Source: a virus
Taxonomy: Duplodnaviria > Caudoviricetes
IMG/VR virus record: IMGVR_UViG_3300020399_000008
Location: 1 to 24,582 of that record
DNA: 24,582 bases
Direction: 5' to 3' (one strand)
Positions 8,498 through 17,710 of this stretch are shown here, one piece after another. Numbering within the stretch: the stretch's first letter is position 1; every line of letters starts with the position of its first letter. The notes under the pieces are model-generated. The model was not told where the DNA came from. It did not search any database and was given only the letters and a program-made list of their open reading frames with translations. A program made the position numbers and the translations under genes.

Positions 8498-8857
8498 ATG
8501 AGTGTTAATGATTCCCTTAGAACTCTTTATTCCGCACAAGCGATTAGTTCAGCAGATACTTCATCCTCTTCTATTGAAGTAGGAAGAAGTAGTGAGGTAA
8601 CTATTTATATTAAAGTTACAGCTAAATCAGGGACTAGTCCTACTTTAGATTTAGATGTTGAGACTTCACCTGATAATGAAGATTGGCATAAAGATTCTTC
8701 TATCACACAGATTAGTGATCCTACAGTTACTTACTATGCTGATGCAGTTAAGGTAGCCAATTGTATTGGAAAATACATTAGGTTACGCAGTACAGCAGTT
8801 GGTGGGAGTGCTACTCCTAGTATGACTGTAACAGCTAGAGTGGTGGCAAAAGGATAA
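8498..8857 (+). CDS. Small beta-sandwich virion protein
   Basis: VTAKSGTSPTLDLDVETSPDNEDW...YIRLR pattern; AAGGA RBS; head module position. Confidence 0.6.
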   Translation: MSVNDSLRTLYSAQAISSADTSSSSIEVGRSSEVTIYIKVTAKSGTSPTLDLDVETSPDNEDWHKDSSITQISDPTVTYYADAVKVANCIGKYIRLRSTAVGGSATPSMTVTARVVAKG

Positions 8858-8860
8858 AGT

Positions 8861-9583
8861 ATGGCAACAACTTTAGAGACAGTTCGTGCTGAAGTTAAAA
8901 ACATTACTGGAACTTTTCCATTCTTTACTGGAGAAAATGAAGTTGGAGATGGAGTTATTGATCAGTCTATTCAACAGGCGATTAATAATTTTAGTAGAGA
9001 TGTCCCTAGAACAATAGTAGAAAGCGAGGTTGGTGATGGTGGAAAATATTACCCACTAAGCACTCTTACCTCTTGGGAGGATGACTTTTCTTTAATAACT
9101 GCAATTGACTATGATGCAGGTGATCGCATTACTGGAGATGAGTTACCCCAGTTCCTTTCAGAAGATAATGGTGATTGGCAATATTATCGTAATAACAGTA
9201 CGAGATATTTTGTGTTACCTAACCATTCACCTGCCGCAACAATAACAATGATGATCACATATACAGCTAGACATAGTTTAGACTCCACCTCTTCAACTAT
9301 TCCTACGCAATACGAGAAAGCTGTTGTTTATTTGTCTGTGGCAGAACTCGCTTCTACCCTTTCTTTTCATGCAGAGAAAGCAATAGACCCACCTGCTGGA
9401 GCAAGTTATATCTCAATGAGAAATAAATCTAGTGGATTCCGATCTGTTGGAGATCATTTTAGGGAAAAGTATATTGATGAGTTGGGAGGAGAGGGAGTAG
9501 TTGGTGCAAGTTTTTGGAGAGATTTTGATCAAGAATTCGCAACTGGTGAAAACTATTTTTACCATAATTACGCAGGTAGCTAA
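8861..9583 (+). CDS. Probable head-tail adaptor (neck protein)
   Basis: Helical N- and C-termini around a beta insert, TIPxxYxxAVVY motif, position between head and tail genes. Confidence 0.6.
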   Translation: MATTLETVRAEVKNITGTFPFFTGENEVGDGVIDQSIQQAINNFSRDVPRTIVESEVGDGGKYYPLSTLTSWEDDFSLITAIDYDAGDRITGDELPQFLSEDNGDWQYYRNNSTRYFVLPNHSPAATITMMITYTARHSLDSTSSTIPTQYEKAVVYLSVAELASTLSFHAEKAIDPPAGASYISMRNKSSGFRSVGDHFREKYIDELGGEGVVGASFWRDFDQEFATGENYFYHNYAGS

Positions 9584-10116
9584 TGACTACAGGAAATGTA
9601 ACATCAACATCATTAGTCACTAAGTCTCGTCCTGTTATTGAAGATGCAATGTCAAAAATTCTTGACAGCATTGAATGTAAAAATATTAAGACTCAAGATT
9701 TAGAGCCATTAGTAACTACACAAGAATTTGTTGATACCCTCCGAATCAATGCAGGATTAAATCAGCCTCATTATGAAGGGTGGTTTTTTCATAGGTCAGG
9801 ATTTAGAGAAGATTCCAGTGCTATAACAAACTTTACACAATATGATATTGTGCATGATATGATTGTCACAGGATTGGCTTTTCATGGATCGTTTGATGCA
9901 AGTTATAAGTATATACAAGATAAAACAGAAGAACTGTTTTGGACATTAGAGAAGAATAAGAATATGGTAGGTAATTCATCTATTGAATATATTGAGGGAA
10001 TGAGAAGTGTATTCTCATTTGAACAATTTGGTGAAATGTATTTATACAAAAGCCAAACTCAATTTACTGCCCATAGTTTAATGATAGAAACCAATGGTAG
10101 AGTCTATACCAGTTAA
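9583..10116 (+). CDS. Putative tail terminator/completion protein
   Basis: 177 aa alpha/beta protein immediately upstream of the tail tube gene. Call is by synteny. Confidence 0.45.
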   Translation: MTTGNVTSTSLVTKSRPVIEDAMSKILDSIECKNIKTQDLEPLVTTQEFVDTLRINAGLNQPHYEGWFFHRSGFREDSSAITNFTQYDIVHDMIVTGLAFHGSFDASYKYIQDKTEELFWTLEKNKNMVGNSSIEYIEGMRSVFSFEQFGEMYLYKSQTQFTAHSLMIETNGRVYTS

Positions 10117-10131
10117 TGGAGGTATTTAAAA

Positions 10132-11376
10132 ATGGCAGTTCTTAGTTCACAGGAAATAATAGGTATAGGACTTCAAGCTGATATTGATACTGAAGCCGCC
10201 GCTTATAATATTGTTCCAGTTAATACAGGTGGCTTTTCAGCAACAGAAACCTTTGAAAACATTATGGATACAGGAAGGCGTGGTTCAGAAGCTATGGACT
10301 ACCAAGCCTATGCAGGTGTAGCGTCTACTGAAATCACTATGGAATTCCCTATGATGTGGGGTAACTCTACAGGAACAACTGGTTCTGTATTAGGTATATT
10401 AGTAAGAAATTTATTGGGGACAGGTGGTACAGGTTCAGCATCATCAGGTTCTAAGGGAACACAAACTGATCCCTATAGAGCAGAAATTGTTGATGGAACA
10501 TCAGCAGGAAACTCTACGACTTGGAACTCTTTCTTTAGGTTAGGCAATAGAGCAACTCCTGAGTATCTTTCAATATATAGAACTCTTATTACAGGGAATG
10601 CTGTTGATCCTATTTATGTAGGATGTCGAGTTACAGAGATTACAATTTCAGCTACTTCAGGAGAAGGGCCTGTAATGATTTCAGCTACCTTAACAGGTAG
10701 AAAAGCTGATGCTACTGGAAACGAGGAAACAGGTTTATTGGGTACTCAATCACAGGATATAGCATTAGGGTGGAAAAACTCCTTAATAGCAACAGCGGCT
10801 AAGTTGCATGGTACTGAGGCAGGTGGATCTACAACTCCTTATCAAAATGTTTTACTTGGTAATTCAATGTATAACTCAAGTTTAGGTAGCTCAAGCAATA
10901 GACTTATTTCTTTTGAAATGACAATGAGTAGAGAGGGAACTCCTGTTTATTCGCTTCAAAATAATCAGAACTATCAGAACATCTACTTGGGGCCATTGGA
11001 AGTTACTTACAATGCTGTTGCTCAATTGGACTCTACTGAATTAGCTAGAGTTAGAGGGTTTAGAACTAGTTCACCTGATACAACATATGATGTCAGAGTA
11101 GCCTTTAGCCAAGGAACAGCTTATGACAATGATGATGCTAGAGCATTGGTTATCGGTATAGCAGATAGCACTCCTTTAGAGTCACCCCTAGAAATAGATA
11201 CTAGTGATTCATATGCTACAGTTGCTATAAGTGGTAGAGCGTTGGCAACAGGTGCTAACTTACTTTTAACTGATAGCAGTTATGATGGATCGGCTAACTA
11301 CAAAAGAAGTCCTGTTGAAATTCAGATTACTGAAGTAGGGGCTAATAACTCAACTACTCCTCCCACATATTCCTAA
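10132..11376 (+). CDS. Major tail (tube) protein
   Basis: GGAGG RBS; IGIGLQ N-terminus, YVGCRVTEITIS and SFEMTM strands; rich in S/T/G; precedes the chaperone pair. Confidence 0.8.
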   Translation: MAVLSSQEIIGIGLQADIDTEAAAYNIVPVNTGGFSATETFENIMDTGRRGSEAMDYQAYAGVASTEITMEFPMMWGNSTGTTGSVLGILVRNLLGTGGTGSASSGSKGTQTDPYRAEIVDGTSAGNSTTWNSFFRLGNRATPEYLSIYRTLITGNAVDPIYVGCRVTEITISATSGEGPVMISATLTGRKADATGNEETGLLGTQSQDIALGWKNSLIATAAKLHGTEAGGSTTPYQNVLLGNSMYNSSLGSSSNRLISFEMTMSREGTPVYSLQNNQNYQNIYLGPLEVTYNAVAQLDSTELARVRGFRTSSPDTTYDVRVAFSQGTAYDNDDARALVIGIADSTPLESPLEIDTSDSYATVAISGRALATGANLLLTDSSYDGSANYKRSPVEIQITEVGANNSTTPPTYS

Positions 11377-11377
11377 G

Positions 11378-11632
11378 TCTCCTCTCTCTTGCACATGATA
11401 TTGACGAGTATCATGTGCTTTAGTAAAGGTTACAGTTAAAGTGTGAGCATGGTATCGCAAATAGAGGTATTGGAAAGACTAGAAGATCAAGGTTACGAGG
11501 TAACCAAAAGGACTCTTGGTTATTGGAGAGGAAAGGGTTTGTTGCCACCTTTGGAGAGAGATGGTCAACAGTATTATTGGGACGAAGGTGTAATAGAAAG
11601 AGTTAAGGATTTATGTGGCAAGAGAGAGGAGA
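11378..11632. repeat. 15-bp perfect long-range inverted repeat
   Basis: TCTCCTCTCTCTTGC (11378-11392) is the reverse complement of GCAAGAGAGAGGAGA (11618-11632). Confidence 0.75.
11391..11418. promoter_or_regulatory. Perfect 10-bp inverted repeat (operator or weak terminator) enclosing a TTGACG hexamer
   Basis: GCACATGATA-TTGACGAG-TATCATGTGC, followed by only TTT. Confidence 0.6.
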
Positions 11633-11796
11633 GTGTTCTATGTGAGATAGAGTTAGAAGGAATTAAGTTTCCTGTTGAGAGAGTTGAGATAAAGAGATTT
11701 AGAGGAGAGTTAAAAGCTATCATTTATTTAGAAGATGGTCGCTTTATTTTAAAGAAAGTAAGAGAGGAGTTTATTAATGCCATTTCCATCAGCTAG
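11443..11796 (+). CDS. MerR-like winged-HTH protein
   Basis: VTKRTLGYWRGKGLLPPLERDGQQYYWDE matches the MerR/Xis-like vsxRTLRYyexxGLlxP..g.R.Y pattern. Start is GTG 11443 or ATG 11449; no SD. Confidence 0.8.
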   Translation: MSMVSQIEVLERLEDQGYEVTKRTLGYWRGKGLLPPLERDGQQYYWDEGVIERVKDLCGKREESVLCEIELEGIKFPVERVEIKRFRGELKAIIYLEDGRFILKKVREEFINAISIS

Positions 11797-12124
11797 AAAA
11801 AAGATAACTTTCGATGATATTGATTGTCCTGAATATTGGTGTGAGTTTAAGACAATGACAGGAATGAAGTATAAGGAAGTTAGGGAATTGTTTGGCAACA
11901 GTCCTGATGACAGTCCTGATTCTGATTACGTTGAAGCATTGCTATCAAAAGTAATTCTTGGGTGGAATTTACCTGAGGAAGATGGAGGAGAAGTTCTACC
12001 AATACCTTCTACTGATCCTGAATCGATACAGCGTTTACCTAATGTTGTTATTACTCATTTAGTTGAACAAATATCAGGGTCATCAAATAATGAGAATAAT
12101 GCGGATTTAGCAATGACCTCTTGA
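11777..12124 (+). CDS. Tail assembly chaperone (lambda gpG analogue)
   Basis: Acidic 115 aa protein with ILGWNL...G.VLP...IQRLP motif; AGGAG RBS; downstream of the tail tube gene. Confidence 0.8.
   Translation: MPFPSARKKITFDDIDCPEYWCEFKTMTGMKYKEVRELFGNSPDDSPDSDYVEALLSKVILGWNLPEEDGGEVLPIPSTDPESIQRLPNVVITHLVEQISGSSNNENNADLAMTS
12103..12109 (+). other. Candidate programmed -1 frameshift site G-GAT-TTA
   Basis: 0-frame codons GCG GAT TTA. The -1 frame opens after TAA 12097-12099 and reads GGA TTT AGC AAT GAC CTC TTG into ORF 12121..12384. Confidence 0.7.
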
Positions 12125-12384
12125 TAGCTTTTACAGGATCAGGAGGTTCAGAGATACCTGATGAATTTTGGGATATCCATGTAGCTGAACAGTTTGGAAC
12201 AACTGCATGGGATGTGAGAGAGAATGCTACTTTATATGATGTACAAAGAATAGGGATGTGGTTAAAGGCAAAAGGACAAGGAGAAAAAGTTCAGGCTCAA
12301 AGAGCTAGAACAAGAGATAGTGCTAGAAGTGGTGCAAGTAGTCAGACTAGAGGAAGAAGACCTTCAAGGGGTAGAAGAAGATAA
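12121..12384 (+). CDS. Tail assembly chaperone frameshift extension (gpT analogue)
   Basis: In the -1 frame relative to the chaperone; only a TTG start without SD; AEQFGTTAWDV motif; Arg-rich tail. Confidence 0.7.
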   Translation: MIAFTGSGGSEIPDEFWDIHVAEQFGTTAWDVRENATLYDVQRIGMWLKAKGQGEKVQAQRARTRDSARSGASSQTRGRRPSRGRRR

Positions 12385-13433
12385 TGGCTCGTGTAGTTGT
12401 AGACATAACAACAGATGACACTATAGAGGTTTATTTAAACACTCTATCATCTACTGTTTCAAATGGTTTATACGATAGCTTAAATGAAGTTCGTGGAAAA
12501 CTTATAGAGTATCTTGATAATAGGTACTACAATGATATGCAGTCTAAGGGTTCAGGTTCTTCCATAATGGCTACTGGTGAATTAGGTAATATAATTCAAC
12601 AATGGTCACTTGAATCTTATGGTGATGAAGAGTACGCATTGCTTTGGAATGGACAAGGTGGATCGGAAGCGTCTGATGGTCAGATGTGGAGTAAGGTTTA
12701 TTTTGTAGATAACGGTAGAGCAGGGTGGGGAGAAGACGGTTACACAGAAGGGGATACAGCTTACTCTATGCCTAAAGAAGAAGGTAATAGGATTCATGCT
12801 GACACTTATCATAAATCGTATAGACCTTTAGGAGAGGGTGCATATAATAAGCAAAAAGCAATTGGGACTCCTCCTGCACTAAGAGGGGCTTATAAGTCTA
12901 AAGATAAGGCTCAAGGTGGTAGGGTTACTCAAACTCCTCGTGAAGCTGAAACCGAAAGGTATATGGTAGGAGCTGAAAGCCAAGGTGTTTTCAGACAAGC
13001 GATTAAGGCTTGGGCAGAGACAAAAGGATTAAGTGAGCATTGGGCAGCTATTGCAAATCAAATAGCTGAACAAGGAACACTCCCTGCCAATCCTTCTTTT
13101 GCTAAAGACTTATTTGATGGCACTATAGGTTCAGGTGGATTTAATGCAACACCTAGTTCCATGTTATTTGAATGGCTTCAGGATGCAGTTAATCAAAATA
13201 TAATTCAAGAATTAAAAGCTATTAAACCTAGACCTACTCGTAAGGTTACTAGACCTGCTATTAATATAGGAATTAATGCTCTAAATCAACCTTATCTAAT
13301 GGGAGGACAAACTCTTATAATAGGAGATCAAGTTTATAAGGGTGGACAAATGCTTCCTTCAGGAGTTAGTGGTCGAATAATGGGTGGGAAAGGATTGCAA
13401 CCACAGCAAAAAGGTACATACTTTAAAACTTAG
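12384..13433 (+). CDS. Putative tail completion/neck protein (HK97 gp10-like motifs) with large insertions
   Basis: ATGELGN, FVDNGR and AIKAWAETKG...AIANQIAEQGTLPANP motifs. Coupled by TAATG. Confidence 0.5.
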   Translation: MARVVVDITTDDTIEVYLNTLSSTVSNGLYDSLNEVRGKLIEYLDNRYYNDMQSKGSGSSIMATGELGNIIQQWSLESYGDEEYALLWNGQGGSEASDGQMWSKVYFVDNGRAGWGEDGYTEGDTAYSMPKEEGNRIHADTYHKSYRPLGEGAYNKQKAIGTPPALRGAYKSKDKAQGGRVTQTPREAETERYMVGAESQGVFRQAIKAWAETKGLSEHWAAIANQIAEQGTLPANPSFAKDLFDGTIGSGGFNATPSSMLFEWLQDAVNQNIIQELKAIKPRPTRKVTRPAINIGINALNQPYLMGGQTLIIGDQVYKGGQMLPSGVSGRIMGGKGLQPQQKGTYFKT

Positions 13434-13443
13434 GAGAATAGAT

Positions 13444-13830
13444 ATGACATCTGAAAAAGAGACATTAGAAGAAGCAATAGAAGAAGTAGTTAAAGAAAAG
13501 CCTAAGAAGGCAAAAGTTATTTTAAATAGCTATGGAAACATTATTTCTTTCCTAGATGGTAAGCAAACTAAGAAGAAAGGAAAAGATGTAGAAGCATTTT
13601 TTAACCTAGATGATAGTGTTTCTATCGTTACCCTTAATACTAATGTTGTTACATTCACTCGACCTGTAGAAAATACTATGGTTATAAGAATTCCTGAAGG
13701 ACAAGAGTTCCCTAATGAATATCTTCCTGATGGCTATTCTGTTTCTCAAGAAGAGTCTGTATTAAGTTTGACGCGTCCCAATGGAACTGTTTCGGAAATA
13801 GTAAAGAATATTATTAAAGTTCAATTGTAA
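13444..13830 (+). CDS. Hypothetical protein
   Basis: Start moved from 13384 to the in-frame ATG 13444, which follows an AGGAGA RBS and removes the overlap. Confidence 0.7.
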   Translation: MTSEKETLEEAIEEVVKEKPKKAKVILNSYGNIISFLDGKQTKKKGKDVEAFFNLDDSVSIVTLNTNVVTFTRPVENTMVIRIPEGQEFPNEYLPDGYSVSQEESVLSLTRPNGTVSEIVKNIIKVQL

Positions 13831-13842
13831 GAGAGATAGGTC

Positions 13843-15942
13843 ATGACATCTGCGTTTGAAAGTTCTTTTACATTAAGAGCAAAAGCTGAAGGGTTTGCTG
13901 CCCTAGAACAATCTATTAGAAGAATTGCGAAAGCAATGATTCAAGCACAGCAATCATCAGGTGGTGGAACTGGTATTGCAAGAAATCAACAGATGGCTCA
14001 GAAACAAGCACAACAAATGTTTCAAGGTGCTTATGGTGATCCAAGATTAGCAGGGGCAAAGCAAGATAAAGCAGGTAAATGGAGAACTGCAAAAGGACAA
14101 TTTCTACCAAAAGATTTACAGGCAATTGCACAACGAGGAACTGGTTTAGAAGGTGTTGGGTTTGGTGATTTGCAGAGAGTACAGGGAGCATTAGGGCCGG
14201 AAGAAGAAGGTGGAATGGGAATGGGTGGTGCAGGTAAATTTGTTGCAAGAGAGGTTAGAACACAGCAACAGACACAAATGAAAGCAGAAAATGCTCAAGC
14301 AAAAGAAAATGTTGCGATTGTTGAGAAAGAAAATCAAGCTAGAGCGACATTAAATACTACTGTTGGTAGAAGGATTGAGTCAGGCAAACAAATGCTTGTG
14401 CTTGATAAAGCCTTGGGTGATCAGTCAAGAATATCTACTGCTGATGTTGCTAAGTTACGTTTCTCTATTAATAGATTAAAGTCGAGTCAAGACTTCCAAA
14501 AGTTTGCTACACAAAGTCAAATAGAAAGCCTTAGAGCATTAGAGATGCAGTTAAAGAAGTTACAGGCTCAACAATATAACAATGCCAGTTCATTTACCTT
14601 TATGGCAGGTGTTGGTCAGAAAGCCAAAACTGCTGTTAAGCAAGTGGGAGCGGCTTCTCAGGGAATGATGTTAGCAATGAGTGCTGCAAACGGAGATGTT
14701 ATGGGATTAGCCTTTAGCTTAATCTTCTTGCAGTTTGCTGCTAACTTACCTGTTGCTTTGGGATTTGCGGCTATAGCAATAGCAGGTGTACTTGCCTTTA
14801 AAGGTATTAAGAAAGTTTTAGATACCAAAAAAGAAATGAAATTATTTACTACGCAATTTGCTATCGCTACTGGAAGTGTTCAAGCATATTCTTTGGCTCA
14901 AGATCGAGCCGCAGAAAGTGTAAAGCAATTTGGTTTAACTGGAGAAGTAGCTGAAGGTGCAAAAAAGACTGCCATTCAAGCTATTTTAGAATTAGAAAGA
15001 AGAGGTATAGAGGCAACACAGGCAAATATTGGAGTAGCGATTAAAGCATATGTACTACTACACGATCAGGTTGAAGAGGAAGCAGAAGCCGTTAAGCAAG
15101 CTACTGAAGCAACAATAGCATTCGCAGAAAGTGCAGGACAAAGTATTGTAGAGGTTGATGGACTTACATATTCACTAGACGGTCTTAATGAAGCAGCAGC
15201 AAGGGCTATGGGAATGTTAGGAGATAGTGTAATTACATATGGAGAGACTTGGGGTGACACCTTAAAAAGTATGGGAATTGAAGAAGAGAATTGGACAGAG
15301 AGCATGATAAGAAATGCTGATTTTCGTATGGAGAAACTTTCAGCCCAAAGTGGAAGACATAGTGCAGTCGGAAGAACGATAATAAGACAAATAAAAGATT
15401 TAACTAAAGCTGATGATGAGAATTACACTAGAAGAGTGGAATATTCAGCAAACATTATAGCTGAGTACGATAGGGTAGCCGAGCATTCAATATCTAGCAC
15501 TTCTATTCTCCTAGAAGAAAGTAAGAAAACAATAACAGCGATGCAAGAAGAAGCGGCTGAGAAAACGAAATCTATACAAACAATTATAGATCAGGAGAAG
15601 CATTTAGATAATTATTACAGGACAAAGAAAGCTAGTAAACAAGAATACTTAGATTTATCTAAACGAAGTTTTGAAGCAATGAAACCATTAGATCAGGAGT
15701 ATATGACAGGAACATTTGAGGGAGAATATGTTAAACCTCTTGTGGATTTACCTAAATGGGATACTACTTACTATGATAATCAAACTATGAAAGAGTTAGA
15801 TAGAGGGGTTCATCCAGATAGGATTGAGATAACTATTAATGATCAAACTAGTCGTGGAACTGCAATAGATACCGCAGTAAGGAATGCAGGTGGAGGTATG
15901 GTTTTTGGTAGTGTTTCTATGAGTGGTGAGGGTGGGAATTAA
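13843..15942 (+). CDS. Tape measure protein
   Basis: 699 aa helical protein rich in A/Q/E/K, central hydrophobic segments (LAFSLIFLQFAANLPVALGFAAIAIAGVLAF), C-terminal IEITIN strand, located between chaperones and tail tip. Confidence 0.82.
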   Translation: MTSAFESSFTLRAKAEGFAALEQSIRRIAKAMIQAQQSSGGGTGIARNQQMAQKQAQQMFQGAYGDPRLAGAKQDKAGKWRTAKGQFLPKDLQAIAQRGTGLEGVGFGDLQRVQGALGPEEEGGMGMGGAGKFVAREVRTQQQTQMKAENAQAKENVAIVEKENQARATLNTTVGRRIESGKQMLVLDKALGDQSRISTADVAKLRFSINRLKSSQDFQKFATQSQIESLRALEMQLKKLQAQQYNNASSFTFMAGVGQKAKTAVKQVGAASQGMMLAMSAANGDVMGLAFSLIFLQFAANLPVALGFAAIAIAGVLAFKGIKKVLDTKKEMKLFTTQFAIATGSVQAYSLAQDRAAESVKQFGLTGEVAEGAKKTAIQAILELERRGIEATQANIGVAIKAYVLLHDQVEEEAEAVKQATEATIAFAESAGQSIVEVDGLTYSLDGLNEAAARAMGMLGDSVITYGETWGDTLKSMGIEEENWTESMIRNADFRMEKLSAQSGRHSAVGRTIIRQIKDLTKADDENYTRRVEYSANIIAEYDRVAEHSISSTSILLEESKKTITAMQEEAAEKTKSIQTIIDQEKHLDNYYRTKKASKQEYLDLSKRSFEAMKPLDQEYMTGTFEGEYVKPLVDLPKWDTTYYDNQTMKELDRGVHPDRIEITINDQTSRGTAIDTAVRNAGGGMVFGSVSMSGEGGN

Positions 15943-17414
15943 TGGCAATAACTTGTACTTTACAAGGTGTAGATATTACAGAATATGTAGATTATAGAAC
16001 TGTAGCCATTACTGACACTATGGAAGCTACTGGTGACACAATGCAGTTTGATCTTTACATGACAGCAGACAATGTGTTTGGACTCCCTGTAATCCCTGCT
16101 TGTGGTAACGAGATCATATTAACTGATGATGTAACAAAAGAATTTGCAGGAACAGTTACGAAAGTTAGTCGTACACTTGGTGAAGCTGATCGCACAGTTA
16201 GGTATCAATGTGCCGCAATAGATTATACCTATATGCTAGATAGAAGATATGTAAATGGCATCTTCAATACCAAACGTGTATCTGATGGTGCTAACGATTC
16301 TATGGTTAAAGATATCCTAGAACATTTAAAAGCTGCTGCTGATGGTGATACTACAGGTGGAGATCATTATTACAATCAATTTGTTGCCAACATTGATGCT
16401 CCTTATATGGCAGAAGGGGGGCCTGTTGTTCAAAGACAGGTTTATCAACGCATACTTCCTAGTCAAGTCTTAGGAGATTTATCTGAAAATAGTGGAATGA
16501 TATGGTGGGTAGATTTTGATAAGAGAATAAACTTTAGAACTACTACATCTATGTACGCAACTTTTCTTCCTGTAGTTACTTTATCTGATGGGTCAGGGGT
16601 TAATGGCATTTACGTTGAAGAGAATATGACTGATTTCTATGACCTTACAGTTGAAGATGCTACAGATGGAATAGGGACAAAGGCAATTATTAAAGATGCT
16701 GTAATACAAAGTTCAAGTTCTGCTATAGATAATTTTAAAGTTAGTGCTGAACAGGCAACTAATGGTGCTTCTTTTCATTTAGATAGACGTCCTTTTTCGG
16801 AACTTAGTATTGTTTCTATTGTAAATACAACTCAAGGTTATACTGCTACTCAAAAATTAGAAGATGTCTTTAGAGAAAGAAGTGATACCAGTGCGAGTGC
16901 AGATGGGGGAACATTCTTTTGTTTTATCTATTTAGGTAAACAGGGATCAAATGATGTTGCATATGTTCGATTTGCCCCCGATGCGTTAACTGATGGAGAT
17001 GAGATAGTAATATCTTATAAATACTATACAAATGATGAACATGAAAACATTGATGTGGATCAAGTAGAAGTTCAAGCATTAGCTACAGGTGGAGATGGTT
17101 TTCATGAATTTGTTTTTAGCAAGAGAAGTGAGATTGCTGTTGCTGATGTTACAGATTTAGACATTGTTGCAGATATGTTATTGAGTCGTAAGAGTAAAAC
17201 TTTGCGTAGAGGTTCTTTTACATCTCTTACCAAGGGATGGCAAGCAGGTCAAATTTTTGAAATAAAATGGGATAGAGAAAATATTGAAGAAGCTGTATGG
17301 GTAATCGTTGTAAATAAAACAATATTAACCCCTGCTGATGATCCCACATTAAGTGATAACATAATTCAAACTGATATTAATTTTGCTAACATACCAAGAG
17401 GATTGAGGTTGTAA
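15942..17414 (+). CDS. Tail tip/baseplate hub protein
   Basis: Follows the tape measure gene; FAGTV...YQCAAIDY, LGDLSENSGMIWWVDFDKRINF and GWQAGQ motifs are typical of hub proteins. Confidence 0.7.
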   Translation: MAITCTLQGVDITEYVDYRTVAITDTMEATGDTMQFDLYMTADNVFGLPVIPACGNEIILTDDVTKEFAGTVTKVSRTLGEADRTVRYQCAAIDYTYMLDRRYVNGIFNTKRVSDGANDSMVKDILEHLKAAADGDTTGGDHYYNQFVANIDAPYMAEGGPVVQRQVYQRILPSQVLGDLSENSGMIWWVDFDKRINFRTTTSMYATFLPVVTLSDGSGVNGIYVEENMTDFYDLTVEDATDGIGTKAIIKDAVIQSSSSAIDNFKVSAEQATNGASFHLDRRPFSELSIVSIVNTTQGYTATQKLEDVFRERSDTSASADGGTFFCFIYLGKQGSNDVAYVRFAPDALTDGDEIVISYKYYTNDEHENIDVDQVEVQALATGGDGFHEFVFSKRSEIAVADVTDLDIVADMLLSRKSKTLRRGSFTSLTKGWQAGQIFEIKWDRENIEEAVWVIVVNKTILTPADDPTLSDNIIQTDINFANIPRGLRL

Positions 17415-17710
17415 TGCCAAATAATAATATTGAGGAAGAAAGTGCGTTAGCACAATTTTTTAGTAATATTTATACTGAAGTATTTGCTAATAATCCGATT
17501 AATCCAAATGCTCCGATTAATACTACACAGCACCTACGCAAAGAATTTTTAATGGACGATAAAAATATTGAAGTTGTTCAGACTCCACAGTTAGGAAATA
17601 ATAATTTTTGGGTATGGGGAATTGCAGGTTATAGCGATACGCTTGTATCTACTGGACTTGCAACTATGCCTTTGTCTGCAAGGTATGAGGGAGCTGCTTC
17701 ATGGGGATGA
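17414..17710 (+). CDS. Hypothetical tail protein
   Basis: Coupled ORF within the tail tip module. Confidence 0.6.
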   Translation: MPNNNIEEESALAQFFSNIYTEVFANNPINPNAPINTTQHLRKEFLMDDKNIEVVQTPQLGNNNFWVWGIAGYSDTLVSTGLATMPLSARYEGAASWG

